54,085 bases of DNA from positions 1 through 54,085 of IMG/VR virus record IMGVR_UViG_3300014502_000008; one strand, written 5' to 3'. A model generated the notes under the pieces. That model saw only the letters and a program-made list of their open reading frames with translations, was not told the DNA's origin and ran no database searches. The stretch is from a virus. Its lineage: Duplodnaviria; Caudoviricetes. This document shows, one piece after another, positions 43,301-49,894 of this stretch (its first letter is position 1; each line of letters starts with the position of its first letter). Both the position numbers and the translations under genes were made by a program.

Positions 43301-43579
43301 CGATACTGCACTGGCTGAACCACTGGCAAGCCTCTCACCCATGTCTCCAATGAAGCTACCAGCCTTTTGCAGGAAGGTAGGATCGGCATTAGTAACCTCC
43401 GGTTGTGTGGCTGGTTTGCTTGGTGCAAATTCGTCCAGGTTGATATCATCAGTGTTACCCCAGGGGTCAGCTACCGGACCAGTGCTGGGCGCAATTTTGC
43501 GCTCAGTGGGTGATTGTTGTTGAATCTGTTTGAGTGCTGCATTGACATTTAATGTCTTACCCTTTGTAACTTCTGCCAT
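28379..43579 (-). CDS. Giant polyvalent DarB-like virion protein (InPase, N6-MTase, SNF2 helicase, zincin, LPD38-like)
   Basis: YGYF..TQGKDGDQVDVF (about 40.1 kb), LDPGAGIG and NVPF (37.3-37.5 kb), HQVGTGKT and DESH (34.8-35.4 kb), QRNGRIIRQGN, HEAVAH (32.1 kb), SVNFNRKG region. Confidence 0.88.
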   Translation of the reverse strand: MAEVTKGKTLNVNAALKQIQQQSPTERKIAPSTGPVADPWGNTDDINLDEFAPSKPATQPEVTNADPTFLQKAGSFIGDMGERLASGSASAVSSLLKIPQAVDALSNLPFDMFSKAYIEKAGKDGTLAPEESQALLKNYDDVWLRPNISGGVSTKNQSPAVTMAHSGAVKKLDAFTEKMQNQSNSLDKSIGSYIKNKQYGKALGRTVLGAVESLPATLTAAFTGPAGLIGMGAQAAAQQYDKLEDFNPEMGDPAKVANMLGYGLFESLTEVYGTAEMQQMVKSAIKSAGREGATEAVKTGLKKVISDAYKRIGLWLAPVHEGLSEGVNTFAGNIISAATNENPDQDQWSIESLTNGVVESTAIGAATGFGFSGVGSIRERMAANKAKVQPPTTGDQGTGLTTGPLNVPPAVTEQYNAEHTINSYGERLKFGNGTLAEDPNPTMTIASTKLGDKYFIKEPAGVNGDTFHPAYNIDELKAAEFDFSKVSPKFIKSTDIVEQKPVPYQEWFDNEMNEYQAGKAQGEKDAAMQQSAYQPGQPIEYQGRKWTVSDVAADGTLSVEEITKDGTGTLAEITPDQFNNIIGDQSAGAQPNTADVASLQQQQSANPDQGAAILQQPDNQRGQNGEVANSELPPTQPAPAKARKISDGKNELSITPAEDGTYTVDQVFNTPKQATTTLDKLTELYPKVNFEVQMQDSGDDFTPDTYTIKATPKAVTAKKASPVLDETATAQTDGQVSDLQGNARPIESDTPLADKAQANISKNTPNLDTPLANAVNESKKSTGEPTYQQKKNLVLDYFGGMYEDAANSTPEQIYNEVPEVGPEEAKQIHAEIKAEFEAEQERIRQSEPQGEAKGPVEIGSELSQPKQPWQMTSKEYADQELTKLSEHAMPGSSERLRKQYLSEHKNRIVPVAIQQGETIPDNVLAEYPELKQAPVKKESWQMTPSEYASTIGTGSDEIAIAKSAHPQHVKDAIAAGKEVPMNVLEAYQNNQWAKNEIEKQAPAEKYTLESFKKGQIIEINPDAEVSYTYKDGLVPTTVLKQGVWMIDDIDNTEGILNVHSLDPIEGEGEIGGVCSNVYWKDITNIQEKQAPAHNKDHVSITKANDQVDGHPSDAQIEAGNAKKGHVTIQGMDITLKNAPGTIRKGKSHSQLMNNSYGYFRRTQGKDGDQVDVFLGDHPGSGWVFVVDQLDTQGNFDEHKVMMGFRSAKEATDAYNSNYSPDWKGLGNVTAMKVSDFKKWLGDGTRTKQPAYQVKPKKKSKSRTQIALDSPANSFEEAVLQFFVGKGKVKTEDVISDTGFKRGSEELRKLQFLGLVSEDGVALDVFHEKLENAFQFTDGGESKDMPNSIIDILKKYSTPGNMLKALERFQGKEVMPDHMLPEGYDEAQIKADIDNEPEVVEVADGIMNDPEVKDIVMEYSDKNGLNVDKLLEDIKFNPGHFTTFPFKLREDQLHDLNTELQNEQARRRKSTSLESSKGPGENQSHSREETPAGRDQGDEVRAGTEESSQGKQPEVAKSGYGESNKVFTKEAADKARAILRSKLGNLNVGIDPETMQAGITLAGYHIESGARKFTDFVKAMIQDMGDAIKPYLKSFYNAVRDWPEFDAEGMDQYETVSKADVNKITEEKKEPKEIWQMTLKEFSDAVYNGEIDFAQLGQDKKPIQQSVTSYHATTDEQNKGIAKEWIDKAINQHYQPIVMHAIFDSKPVPENVVKESGLKKPELKQSDDFMNGIADLAGNKPVNPNISDNLDVANTPVNENTANTSIAPDNLVSGKDKLVDQEPTSLTDLFAPRRETKGTPTGNKPAGRESSNKPADVHPGQGSMGQSNAPDVPVSEESDQAGPGDNKTPEVGNNEQPGNDTGNSSLPDTGSKPDVQRDVNSLNHVITPDDVIVPRGEIAKITANLQAIRLLQTLEKQNRNATPEEKKKLAAYTGWGGLANVLHAENARTYERIKERGWGSDAQAENWAKKYYTHYQAVKKLLTAEEFAQAVTSTLTAYYTPAPIIKQAWSIAERLGFKGGSVLDPGAGIGHFFGLAPQNIAQNSSFRGYELDNTTGRILSKLYPEGTMRVTGYENAVEGPGSIDLIMTNVPFGQTAPFDAKNKDLKGFSLHNYFIAKGIKQLKAGGIGVFITSKSSMDNAASAKFREWVAAEGNADLIGAIRLPNNTFSENAGTEVTSDMLIFQKRLSTTPSPYAEPFRSVAELTKTKNQNGAEVGIDVNEYYIKHPEMMLGKMVLAYQVNKGGLYSGDSETLTPDKGQDTQALLEEAIKSLPENITVATKAEVGAKGSEVGDKEGTIIDRDDTIYEVNGGELHPVAWNNDNFTSGKRSVPYKTITREYLNLKQLAKALLDSEMSKDSSEQDIEDTRSKLNTAYDSFVKAYGTFNRNKKLEFLEDDSEFNLVSALEDVENKILTNKVGGVYRRYEISKSDIFSKRINYPVEEPTKAENVADALNVSMSYRGKLDIDYIASLTGTDKETATNKLLEEGLAFINPSNALLEDKETYLSGYVRTKLKVAEALVEDNPDYKKNVDALKKVIPKDIPGLMIKYKLGTPWIPGHIVQRFIKETIDVDCKVFFNQGTGTWLISNKGNEYNAKNQGTYATTDFKAIELIDKILNLHTPTVMKREYDPVTRQRTERRDPEATAAAQGKMDEISDLFLNWMPNQKTEMETLETIYNDQYNDYVEKNYSMPSFKQYPGANPDITLRAHQSKAVGRILRGTTLLAHQVGTGKTYTMITAAMEMRRLGIAKKPLMVVNNSTLEQFGGDFKKLYPGAKILVPTKNQMESESRQKLLNKIAYGDWDAVIIPQSFLNFIPDDPAREREYIRERIAELEDVLAEVDDGAYNNVAAKNTRKAIEALEEDLVNLGKPKGRSKSVKDVAKAGAAVTTKITTQASRRKDDVVLFEKMGVDALFVDESHAYKKLGFATAQTNVKGIDTTGSQRALGLHMKVRFIHEQMGKKNVVFATGTPITNTMAELWTVMKFLSPDVLKAYRIERFDDFARTFGSIEPSLEFNASGNFKIVNRFKSYINAPELLKAFRSVADVVLTDDVQEFKEGNNIPKLKNGEFTKVIMPQTEPLQAQMNVFKRTLAEWEKLTGKQKRAMRHIPIVIFGRAKQAAIDLRLLSPDNPDDPGSKTNMVVKEAMRLYHKSADYLGTQAIFSDMYQSPNLRTGQERFNLYHDIKQKLMAQGVPAHEIEIISDQKGTKLEGIFQKVRSGELRFIMGSTPRLGTGVNIQDLLKAAHHIDAPDMPMKFEQRNGRIIRQGNSHSQLGLPVEVLTYGVEKTLDATAYQRLAIKQKFINQMMKAEGLDREMNDDSDNNQTDQSFDAMMSQLSGSQFAILWQQKSFDLRKLKTAKLNHERSLIEAKSNLKNAKQSVVTYTRILEEVKHSIGLFAKDFPKNEVTSVTVGGTKAEGKEAMIKRLDVEMLKYIAYKKSTTDNANPLMIKVNGYAAPIRVTYNIGPDKFFYDHSPEGSTSRSTDISGSFTTGGGFLTSFTNQLKIYPEKVEYFQEYLKRNEANIPEFEEFLTKPFDKQAKLDETAKEVAELEVKMQGENQAASKDLENVKGGSLKDLENELSDLEDNGPEEDPDDPGVHLRIATDSPSLGAEIEDIKRRIRNTVQARDAKKNELARRLASQSSLDLFGTPEPVVKQASMFDIPQDGSIENIKRVLQDYDNTLAGMNDMLKKMEQTATTAEKENQGQKLLFNIGDVLFSPTTEVQAQPIINEVDPVAWLEAKNNGQESQKEREIRGRVELLANRLGIKVSFARNRSEFPSDVQDYLKKTAGNKRVPGLYVDETGEIWINLAETKNFQEALVTVLHEAVAHKGLRTLLGETAHKKLLNDVYDSMEQEEISRIGKVYRSKDPDLIAEEYLADMAEKDINPTLLNRVISKIRELLRNIFKVDFTPSDIHSLLRESKKNLEKQAKPKGKDFTTAEDYLDAMTVYDRSINPVRSDIWGNYGSDMTKIAGKDMLNTKKHLTAAQTVKIADQMKAEGINNAALELAVWDVTPASKVYDMLTKALGTTKAASQFLSRAGIDGIIYGSSDYVLFKGGTDGPGSGVHSKLVDEEGPLQTATDIAAEKETKRSLHETLQGIREYLQDMNLPVRWFEETMLKKGGKQTNDAKSYRDISLAFGRQEKLYKDFSELKMKPVLKSVSKLIKAGFTGENILPYLIAKHALERNPSFRERELTEWTNDQTGILNKWLEDNPKASAGQIRTKTKQYEESRQELIQAIENKDYSGVMPLAGKESKYTNPEELAKDIVEEFEGLAPKELIDDLWSNMKTATSNILDTWEVAQRISPEQKQEYLDKFKYFVPLRGWREGAAKGLVYTKGSGTSNSLKHAEGRKSLADNPLAYVLNTQFQAIGEQVDNEVKGSMLKLLLKNLANDDIHDMATIKKLYYIRIDLPDGTYEYEPTIERPPQALWDEGRVQTRIYREHQKLRAPMNADEHEVTVRKLNGDIVMIFKGKYLPVAQALNKQNYMYHSILGGIADARDMNKGLAFIGQINNFMKATMTSWNVVFPFTNFMRDAPEATLTQWIKGNSGTKVLVNYKKSFPAIIRHILGKPNMNNEEDQMLERFYNAGAATGYSHNKTPEEIEKDLNREIRRMVSRGTLKGESREAVYNAAQAITHWNQVFEDATRFSVFISAIQEGKSDEDAAYDAKEASVNFNRKGKGSKAWDSLYAFFNVALQSLQKNSKLAKDAPARFTTVAVSFMVAGFLEALMNSATDGDDDDEKYQNINPYMRQNYLVIPNLLKYFNSGDKGGKYISIPLPHFWRGFKSVGSIVFDISQGKMTAKDGMKAGLVNFVSSLTPIDLGGFFQEGEFSLAPIMPTVIKPFMENASNRNYMGFKIAKEPFTKDQEASLASSGLGKDNVNPAIKFFTDLIFPGDTQYKFYTDKNGNEKDIPWIRDWNPSYIEHIFQGYTGGTGTMASDLLTTLSQWMNPNKAIDFKNVPFVNKFIRETPPAKWNIISEYYDLKETSDKHKKLVGAYGKRAELGQGSDQVQRTESNSYYAEYQEIVNSYDKDIKELSKEIDFSDTEGSNQVLDLMKQCNEQIKALNIKHNK

Positions 43580-43582
43580 AGA

Positions 43583-44755
43583 TTACTTTCTAGTTAAGGT
43601 CTGGTAAATTTGTTCTGCATAAGCTTTTACGCTTGTTGAATCATATCCCTGCTTGGTGAGGTATTGAAATACTGCCTTCCGTTTCTGTTCCGGGGTATGC
43701 TTGGCAGATATGCTGATATTCTGAATGAACTGTGCTTCATCAGGAGCTAGGGTACCTGGCTCTTGTGCCGGTTGTACTCCTGCTGGATTCCCGAATGTGT
43801 TTAACGGGCCTGCTCCCTGCTGATATGTCTGTGGTTGTTGTGGCTGACTGCCGGGTAATAGCGGAGAAGCAGTTGCCGGTTGTGTCGTTGTGGTGTTATC
43901 CTCATAACCCAGGGTCCCTTTAACCTTCTCCCAATTCTTCTTGAGGGTCAGTAAGGCTGATTCCTGCTTAACTGCGTCATTCTTCATCAGGTCTTTGAGT
44001 GCAGCATCCAGGGTAGGGTCCCATTTGTTTTTATCCCCTATCAGTTGTGACTGCATTTCAAGTAATTCGGCAGGGTTGATGTAGATAGTCTGCCTGGTTC
44101 CGGGTATTATGAAAGGAATATCCTCTTTGCTGGCTCTTACTGTCCTGTCTCTTTTCTTGTTGTATGAAGCCAATAGCCCTTTCTGATACTCTGCATTAGT
44201 CTCCCTGTTGAGCTTGGCTTGATTCTCTTGCCTTGACAGAGCGTTCTTCTGTGTTGTTCCCTGGTCTGTTAGCTCGTTTTTGCGCTTCCCTTGCTGGTCT
44301 GTAAGCTCATCATTCCTCTTACGGGTGTAGTCATTCTCGGATTTAGTCTGTTCGTACTCCATCTTTTGCTTTTGGAGTTCAGCTGCGTCAGTCCGTCTCT
44401 GTTTATCTGCGTTCAATGCCTGCTTATACTGCATATTCCGGCTCCTGTTAGACAGGTCAGTGAGTTTTATCCTGTCCATCCTCTGTGTGCTCTGGTCCTG
44501 CAGGGCATCAATCCTGCTTGCTGCATTTGTTATGCCTGGATTTATCCCTCTTGGTTTGATTGTTGCACCCTGGGAGCCACCTATACCCTCAACCAGCAAT
44601 CGAAACGCATCACCAATGGCATTGGTACGCATGATCTTCTTTTCAGACTCTTGTAGTTGTAGTTTCCGGGCTTCTTCCTTCTTTGCTTCATCTTCATAAT
44701 TGAAGAGTGAAGAGAATGGGCCAGGGTCTTGGGGTAATGTGGCAGGGGTTGGCAT
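43583..44755 (-). CDS. Putative internal virion/ejection protein
   Basis: Helical, Gln/Lys-rich; between pilot-like and giant genes. Confidence 0.55.
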   Translation of the reverse strand: MPTPATLPQDPGPFSSLFNYEDEAKKEEARKLQLQESEKKIMRTNAIGDAFRLLVEGIGGSQGATIKPRGINPGITNAASRIDALQDQSTQRMDRIKLTDLSNRSRNMQYKQALNADKQRRTDAAELQKQKMEYEQTKSENDYTRKRNDELTDQQGKRKNELTDQGTTQKNALSRQENQAKLNRETNAEYQKGLLASYNKKRDRTVRASKEDIPFIIPGTRQTIYINPAELLEMQSQLIGDKNKWDPTLDAALKDLMKNDAVKQESALLTLKKNWEKVKGTLGYEDNTTTTQPATASPLLPGSQPQQPQTYQQGAGPLNTFGNPAGVQPAQEPGTLAPDEAQFIQNISISAKHTPEQKRKAVFQYLTKQGYDSTSVKAYAEQIYQTLTRK

Positions 44756-44757
44756 TG

Positions 44758-45135
44758 TTATTTTGATTTTAACCAGGTGAATAGCTGTTCCAGTAATGGC
44801 AATATGTTGATCAGTGCCAAAAAGATGAATCCATAGAGTAAAAGCCTTACCTGCTTAGGCCTGTTTTTGTAGTAACGAAGGTCCTCTGTATCTACCCTGA
44901 GCTGTCTGAACTCTTCCTTAGTCTCGGCCTTATGATCTTTAAGCGATTGTGCTACTAATTCGATAGGGCATGTGAGCTGTAATCTTTCAACTACCTTAAC
45001 TCGGTTTTCCAGATTCTCCGCTTCCTTAGCGAATGTTTTCTGGTATCCTATCACTGTGTCAAGTTTTTGATTGAGGGTTTCAAACCTTTGGTCCAGATAG
45101 AGGTCCCGGTAGTCTTTTACTTCTGCTTCTGACAT
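44758..45135 (-). CDS. Coiled-coil protein with C-terminal TM
   Basis: Heptad pattern plus LLLYGFIFLALINILPLL. Confidence 0.6.
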   Translation of the reverse strand: MSEAEVKDYRDLYLDQRFETLNQKLDTVIGYQKTFAKEAENLENRVKVVERLQLTCPIELVAQSLKDHKAETKEEFRQLRVDTEDLRYYKNRPKQVRLLLYGFIFLALINILPLLEQLFTWLKSK

Positions 45136-45146
45136 ACTGAATATCT

Positions 45147-45725
45147 TTATACGGTTATTTTTGGTGTCTTTACCTTTGCTTTCCCATTCTTGAATAGGGT
45201 GCCGAGCTTATTATCCCACTTGTCAAAGGCTCCTGACGCTCCTGCTTCTGCGAATCCTATACCGGCAGACATGGCATTATTGGTAAAATTGGACCAGTTG
45301 GCTGATTTCTGTGCCAGGTTTGCTGCTTGCAGGTTATCCAGGTTCATCTTCTTCATATCATAGGACCCTTGAATCCTGTCTTGCCTGGCTGTTCCCTGTG
45401 CTGCTACTCCTGCTACATTGTTGGCATAGTTCTTTTGTACTGCATCAGCTGTGGCTACTGCCTTTTCGTCTGAAGCACCTCCAATAGCATTACGCTGGGA
45501 GACCTTCTTCATAGTCTCTCTGTTATTGTTGCGTAAAATCTGAAGGGTTCCCCTGGCTGCCGATGTGTCCAGGTAGTTAGTGTTGTATTCTTTGTCGTAC
45601 CAGTTTTGTAGTTCAGTCTGCCTTTTCTTTAGTTGGGCTTCTTGTAATTTATTAGCCTGTGCAGACTTGAGAGTACCGTATAACGATCCTGCTGCTGATA
45701 CCGCTGCTAGTATTCCTCCTATCAT
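45147..45725 (-). CDS. Putative DNA-ejection pilot protein
   Basis: MIGGILAAVSAAGSLYG Gly/Ala N-terminus plus Gln/Asn-rich coiled coil. Confidence 0.65.
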   Translation of the reverse strand: MIGGILAAVSAAGSLYGTLKSAQANKLQEAQLKKRQTELQNWYDKEYNTNYLDTSAARGTLQILRNNNRETMKKVSQRNAIGGASDEKAVATADAVQKNYANNVAGVAAQGTARQDRIQGSYDMKKMNLDNLQAANLAQKSANWSNFTNNAMSAGIGFAEAGASGAFDKWDNKLGTLFKNGKAKVKTPKITV

Positions 45726-45757
45726 GGTATATAATGTTGAGTGTTAATTAACAGGGC

Positions 45758-45851
45758 TAAACATATATTCTTTACAGTGATTTATGAGGGCAATTAACCC
45801 TGTTATCTGGCTTAATAATCTCATAAAGTCAGTGAGTTATAAGAACCTTTG
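45758..45851. promoter_or_regulatory. Divergent promoter pair with shared upstream motif
   Basis: -7-like boxes TATGTTTA (minus) and AACCTTTG (plus), each preceded by TTAAT..CTCATAAA.TCA(C/G)TG. Confidence 0.5.
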
Positions 45852-45871
45852 ACCTAACTAATTAAATCATT

Positions 45872-46330
45872 ATGAGTAAACCAGCAGTAGCATACACAAC
45901 AGAGCAGATGGTTCAGATCTTAAAGATGCATGAGCTTAATGCTTTTAACGTCTCAAAGACATCAAAGGAATCAGGAGTATCAAGACCGACACTCCGAAGG
46001 TGGGTTGAATCAATGGGACCAGAGGTATTCAACCACAACAACGTACAGGAGATTGTTTTCAAGGTGGATGAGCAGGTCATTGACAGGAAAACCAAACTTG
46101 CCAATAGGGTCATGGATGCCAAAGAGAAGATGCTTGAAAGAATCATCAAGCGCATTCCTTCAACAAAGGACATGGATTCTCTCACCAGGGGTATGAAAAT
46201 ACTCAATGAGCTTGACAAGATCGTTATCGATCCTGATAAGGGAGGCGATACGACCATCAATAACAACACATTCGTTCAGTATATAATGGATCAACGTAAA
46301 CTAAGTAGCAATGCCACAAAAGACAATTGA
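45872..46330 (+). CDS. HTH protein, probable terminase small subunit
   Basis: YTTEQ...VSKTSKESGVSRPTLRRW HTH, helical oligomerisation region, NNNTF tail. Confidence 0.55.
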   Translation: MSKPAVAYTTEQMVQILKMHELNAFNVSKTSKESGVSRPTLRRWVESMGPEVFNHNNVQEIVFKVDEQVIDRKTKLANRVMDAKEKMLERIIKRIPSTKDMDSLTRGMKILNELDKIVIDPDKGGDTTINNNTFVQYIMDQRKLSSNATKDN

Positions 46331-48806
46331 ACTAGCAGGGATAATAAGGAACCTCCCGGACAATAGCGTTCCTGATGGAACTATGCAGGAAGTCATAAAC
46401 CTTCGTCCCAGGGATGGAGCCTGGCGACCTGTGGGTCCGAAAGTGAAAGAAGTATCCACACCTACCGATGTGAGGTACCTTCACTCTATCAATGAGAACT
46501 ATGAAGCTGTCATTGGTGTTGCCGGTGGATTCTTAGCTTACTGGCTATACCTCGATGGTGTGTTTAATAAGACAGTTACCACTAGCTTGTCAGTAGGCAC
46601 CAATGTTTTGAAGTTCGCACAGCTGGACAAGTCTCTCGTTGTAGGGAACAATACCACAAAGGATACAACTGTCCTGATCTTCGACCTGGTTACCTTAACA
46701 TACAATGCCTTTGACGGGCTGCCTGACTTGCCTGATATCCAGGTGTCACTATATGCCAATGGACAGGAAACAGTTGTAATACCAAGTGGCTCTAATGCTC
46801 CTGTCTTTGTAGCAGAAAGCACAAAGTTGATTGCTGACAAAGTAAAAGTAGCTTTATCAGGACCAGTACTGCTCCGGTTTGCATGGGAACTGGTTGACGG
46901 TACGATAGTCAAGCACTCGACACCGGTTTATACAACCACTTCGTTCTTTGATTATGTAGATAATGTAAATAATATGCGCTGGAATGGCAGGATGATACTG
47001 CTTGGCACAACCATGACCGTTGGAGATAGGATAGCCTTAACAACAACGTACAAAGGAATTATCAAGTCTCTTAATGTCTATGCTACCAGGATGCAGCCAT
47101 TGGTTGAGAATCTGATGTTCATCCCTACCTTTACTGAGCCATCCATTGCTGATGAATCTCTTTACTACCTGGTACAACAGATCGGAATTGAAGATCTACC
47201 CTTTAGACTTGGTGGTACTTTTCTTAACGGTCCAATTCCTCCTCCTTTTGATTCGATGGAAACAAGGGATACCCTGCCGGTTGATAGCTTCTCACATCAC
47301 AAGCTGCATGGGAAAAGCATGTTCGCCTACAATGCCAGGATATTCTTTGGTGATATAACAATGAAAGCCTACAAAGGGTATAACCCTGCCAGCGTAGTTG
47401 AGAAGGTCCCTGGTGGTTTTACCGGAGCAACGTATGAGATAGGCATTGAGGTTGACATTAATGCAGGTGATGGGATCAGCACAGTTTGGAGTGGTTGGGC
47501 TACATGCAACTATTACAATGCTGATTCAACACAACCAGCCTTTAATGTAGCCAAGTATTTCAGCTATCCTGATTACAGGGCTACTTATTTCAGAATGTTT
47601 GTGCGATCCGGTGGCATAATCAGACAGGCAACTCTTGTCAGTGGTGGATTGATCCCTATCCCTCTCAATAACTTTGCCTACAAACAGGATTTCTCTCATC
47701 CGCCATTTCCTTATCCCTTCGTTGACTTTACTGGACCGTTCACTGATCATGCTGTTTCAACTCTGACTGTGAATCCAAATAATAACTATTCAGATCAGAA
47801 CCGTATCCAGGCATGTGAGCTCAACAATCCACTTAACTTCCCTGCAAAGAATAGTTACAGGGTACAGGGCCGGGTGATAGGCATGTCAACAAACGCAATA
47901 GCACTCTCCCAGGGACAGTATGGACAATACCCGGTGTATTGCTTCACCACTGAAGGGATATGGGCTATGAACATAGGAAATGGCGATCTATTGATAAATA
48001 CAATCAGCCCTTTATCCAGAGAAGTATGTAACAATCCTGACAGCATAACACAGATTGATGGAGGGACTGTTTTTAGCACGACTAAGGGCCTGTATGTTCT
48101 TCAGGGTACACAAGCTATTGAAATAAGTCAATCGGCTGAAGGAAGCTATAAAGGAAGGATTACAGGCACATTAAACTATGAAGCGATTGCCAACAATCCA
48201 AACCTGTACCAGGTGAAAGCCTATTTATGCTCTGCCTCATTCCTGAATTATATCTCGGGAGCCAAGATCGCCTATGATCAGACAGAGGAACATAAAGAGA
48301 TAATCATTTCAAACCCTGCTTACAAATACTCATGGGTGTATTCATTGAAGTACAAAAGATGGTTTAAGATCAGCCAGGTATTTACATCATTCGTTCAGGA
48401 TTTTCCGGTAACATACGGATATCACATGGAAGGGACGACTTATTGCAAGTACTCCTTGTCCGAAGAGGATTACAGTGAGCTGGTGCCAGTACACATGGAG
48501 ACCAGGCCTATGAAACTTAGCCCTATTGCGTTCAAGAAGATCAATAGAGCTGTTATCGGAGGTTATATCAATAACAACAATGAATATCCTTTCAGTGTAA
48601 ACCTATTCGGGTCCCCGGATAAAAGAAACTGGTATCTGTTAAATGCCAGCAATACCTTTGGAGCCAGGAGCCAGTTGATCATTGGACGTGCCACATTCTC
48701 CTGTTTATATTACATACTGGTAATAGGTGGAAAGGTTGATGAAGAGGCTTATTTCACAGGGGTTGACGTTGATTTTGATGAAACCTTTGGAAATAAACTG
48801 AGGTAA
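46311..48806 (+). CDS. Tail nozzle/stabilisation protein (podoviral)
   Basis: PDGTMQEVINLR start, ALSQGQYGQYPVYCFTTEGIWAM motif, 831 aa beta-rich. Confidence 0.7.
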   Translation: MPQKTIELAGIIRNLPDNSVPDGTMQEVINLRPRDGAWRPVGPKVKEVSTPTDVRYLHSINENYEAVIGVAGGFLAYWLYLDGVFNKTVTTSLSVGTNVLKFAQLDKSLVVGNNTTKDTTVLIFDLVTLTYNAFDGLPDLPDIQVSLYANGQETVVIPSGSNAPVFVAESTKLIADKVKVALSGPVLLRFAWELVDGTIVKHSTPVYTTTSFFDYVDNVNNMRWNGRMILLGTTMTVGDRIALTTTYKGIIKSLNVYATRMQPLVENLMFIPTFTEPSIADESLYYLVQQIGIEDLPFRLGGTFLNGPIPPPFDSMETRDTLPVDSFSHHKLHGKSMFAYNARIFFGDITMKAYKGYNPASVVEKVPGGFTGATYEIGIEVDINAGDGISTVWSGWATCNYYNADSTQPAFNVAKYFSYPDYRATYFRMFVRSGGIIRQATLVSGGLIPIPLNNFAYKQDFSHPPFPYPFVDFTGPFTDHAVSTLTVNPNNNYSDQNRIQACELNNPLNFPAKNSYRVQGRVIGMSTNAIALSQGQYGQYPVYCFTTEGIWAMNIGNGDLLINTISPLSREVCNNPDSITQIDGGTVFSTTKGLYVLQGTQAIEISQSAEGSYKGRITGTLNYEAIANNPNLYQVKAYLCSASFLNYISGAKIAYDQTEEHKEIIISNPAYKYSWVYSLKYKRWFKISQVFTSFVQDFPVTYGYHMEGTTYCKYSLSEEDYSELVPVHMETRPMKLSPIAFKKINRAVIGGYINNNNEYPFSVNLFGSPDKRNWYLLNASNTFGARSQLIIGRATFSCLYYILVIGGKVDEEAYFTGVDVDFDETFGNKLR

Positions 48807-48837
48807 AGTCTCAAAAAGTGTAACATAAGTGGAACAT

Positions 48838-48866
48838 AAAAAAACCCGGTCATTAGCCGGGTTCTT
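48838..48866. terminator. Bidirectional terminator between convergent genes
   Basis: A7-CCCGG-7nt-CCGGG-TTCTT. Confidence 0.75.
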
Positions 48867-48891
48867 CGTTATGTAACTACTAATCTATTAG

Positions 48892-49143
48892 TTACGCTGC
48901 TGCGGCTTTAGCTTCCACTTCCTCCTTCTTCATGTAGGCTATCTCTTTTAGCAGTTTTTTAATTTCAGCACACCTATCCATAAGGGCTAGTTGTTCCTGG
49001 TAGGTCATATCGCAGTATTCATGTGTCAAACAATATTTAAGTTGAAGGGTAGAAATAAGGTCCACATATACTAATGGGTGTGTCTCACTACTCTTAAAAT
49101 TTGAAATGATTGAGCTGGGCGATTGATTGCTTATTGTATTCAT
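48892..49143 (-). CDS. Hypothetical protein
   Basis: ORF with AT-rich upstream region, ending before the terminator. Confidence 0.5.
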   Translation of the reverse strand: MNTISNQSPSSIISNFKSSETHPLVYVDLISTLQLKYCLTHEYCDMTYQEQLALMDRCAEIKKLLKEIAYMKKEEVEAKAAAA

Positions 49144-49307
49144 CGAATCTAGATTTAGGTTAAATAATGTTAATAAAATGACATGCTTTCAGGGACAAGA
49201 ACTGCATATAAAATGTAACTACAAAATAATTTCGCTGTATTTTGACGAAGTACGCTAAATAATTCTTTAATTTTTCGACTGCATTATTCATTACCTTCTG
49301 CAAAACG

Positions 49308-49829
49308 CTAAACCATTGGATTTATTATTCGTCCTATCACTCCCAGGTTACGCCAGTCCTCTATTTTCTTGTTAGCTGCCTCAAGAGCTGCTTTAAGGAA
49401 AGTTACTTCGTTCTCGGCGGTAAGGAACTGCGCCACTCTTTCCCTTACAGCCCTTAACTCCCTTTGCATTTCCTCAATGGCTGTTTTGTGTTTCTCCAGG
49501 TCCTTTATCCTTTCTTCTCTGAGGGTCTTAATCTCTTTTTCCAGCTTCCGGGTATTGCTGGCGACCTTGACCGCCTCCTCTTCCCTGATAGCTTTTATTA
49601 CCTCGTCCAGGTTGATGTAGGTATGAGGGAGTGTCCTCCATTCTGTTCTCGGCACATAGAACTGTGAGCCACCTAATCTGACTGATTCATGAGAAGCGTA
49701 AGCCTCCCGTACTTCTACCCTGACCTTTGCCTGTGTTGATTCCAGTTCTTTTACCCTGGCCATACTGGCAGCGTGATCATTTCTTAGCGCATCTATCTCT
49801 GATAGTGGCATTGTTACTGTTGCATTCAT
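49308..49829 (-). CDS. Coiled-coil phage protein
   Basis: ATVTMPLSEIDALR start, long coiled coil. Confidence 0.65.
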   Translation of the reverse strand: MNATVTMPLSEIDALRNDHAASMARVKELESTQAKVRVEVREAYASHESVRLGGSQFYVPRTEWRTLPHTYINLDEVIKAIREEEAVKVASNTRKLEKEIKTLREERIKDLEKHKTAIEEMQRELRAVRERVAQFLTAENEVTFLKAALEAANKKIEDWRNLGVIGRIINPMV

Positions 49830-49860
49830 AAGCTATCTATTTGGTTATTGGTGTCGATTT

Positions 49861-49894
49861 AAAAAGGGGATCACCCTCCTCTGGTTCGATCCCC
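49861..49894 (-). terminator. Terminator-like hairpin
   Basis: GGGGATC...GATCCCC followed by T5 on the minus strand. Confidence 0.55.

Noticed and set aside
28984-43523. Many short antisense or alternate-frame ORFs inside the giant gene (also in capsid, portal and tail genes)
   Set aside because: Shadow ORFs arising from codon bias and repeats of the real genes.
45872-46330. IS3-type transposase OrfA
   Set aside because: HTH only, with no DDE OrfB or terminal inverted repeats, and it overlaps the nozzle gene.
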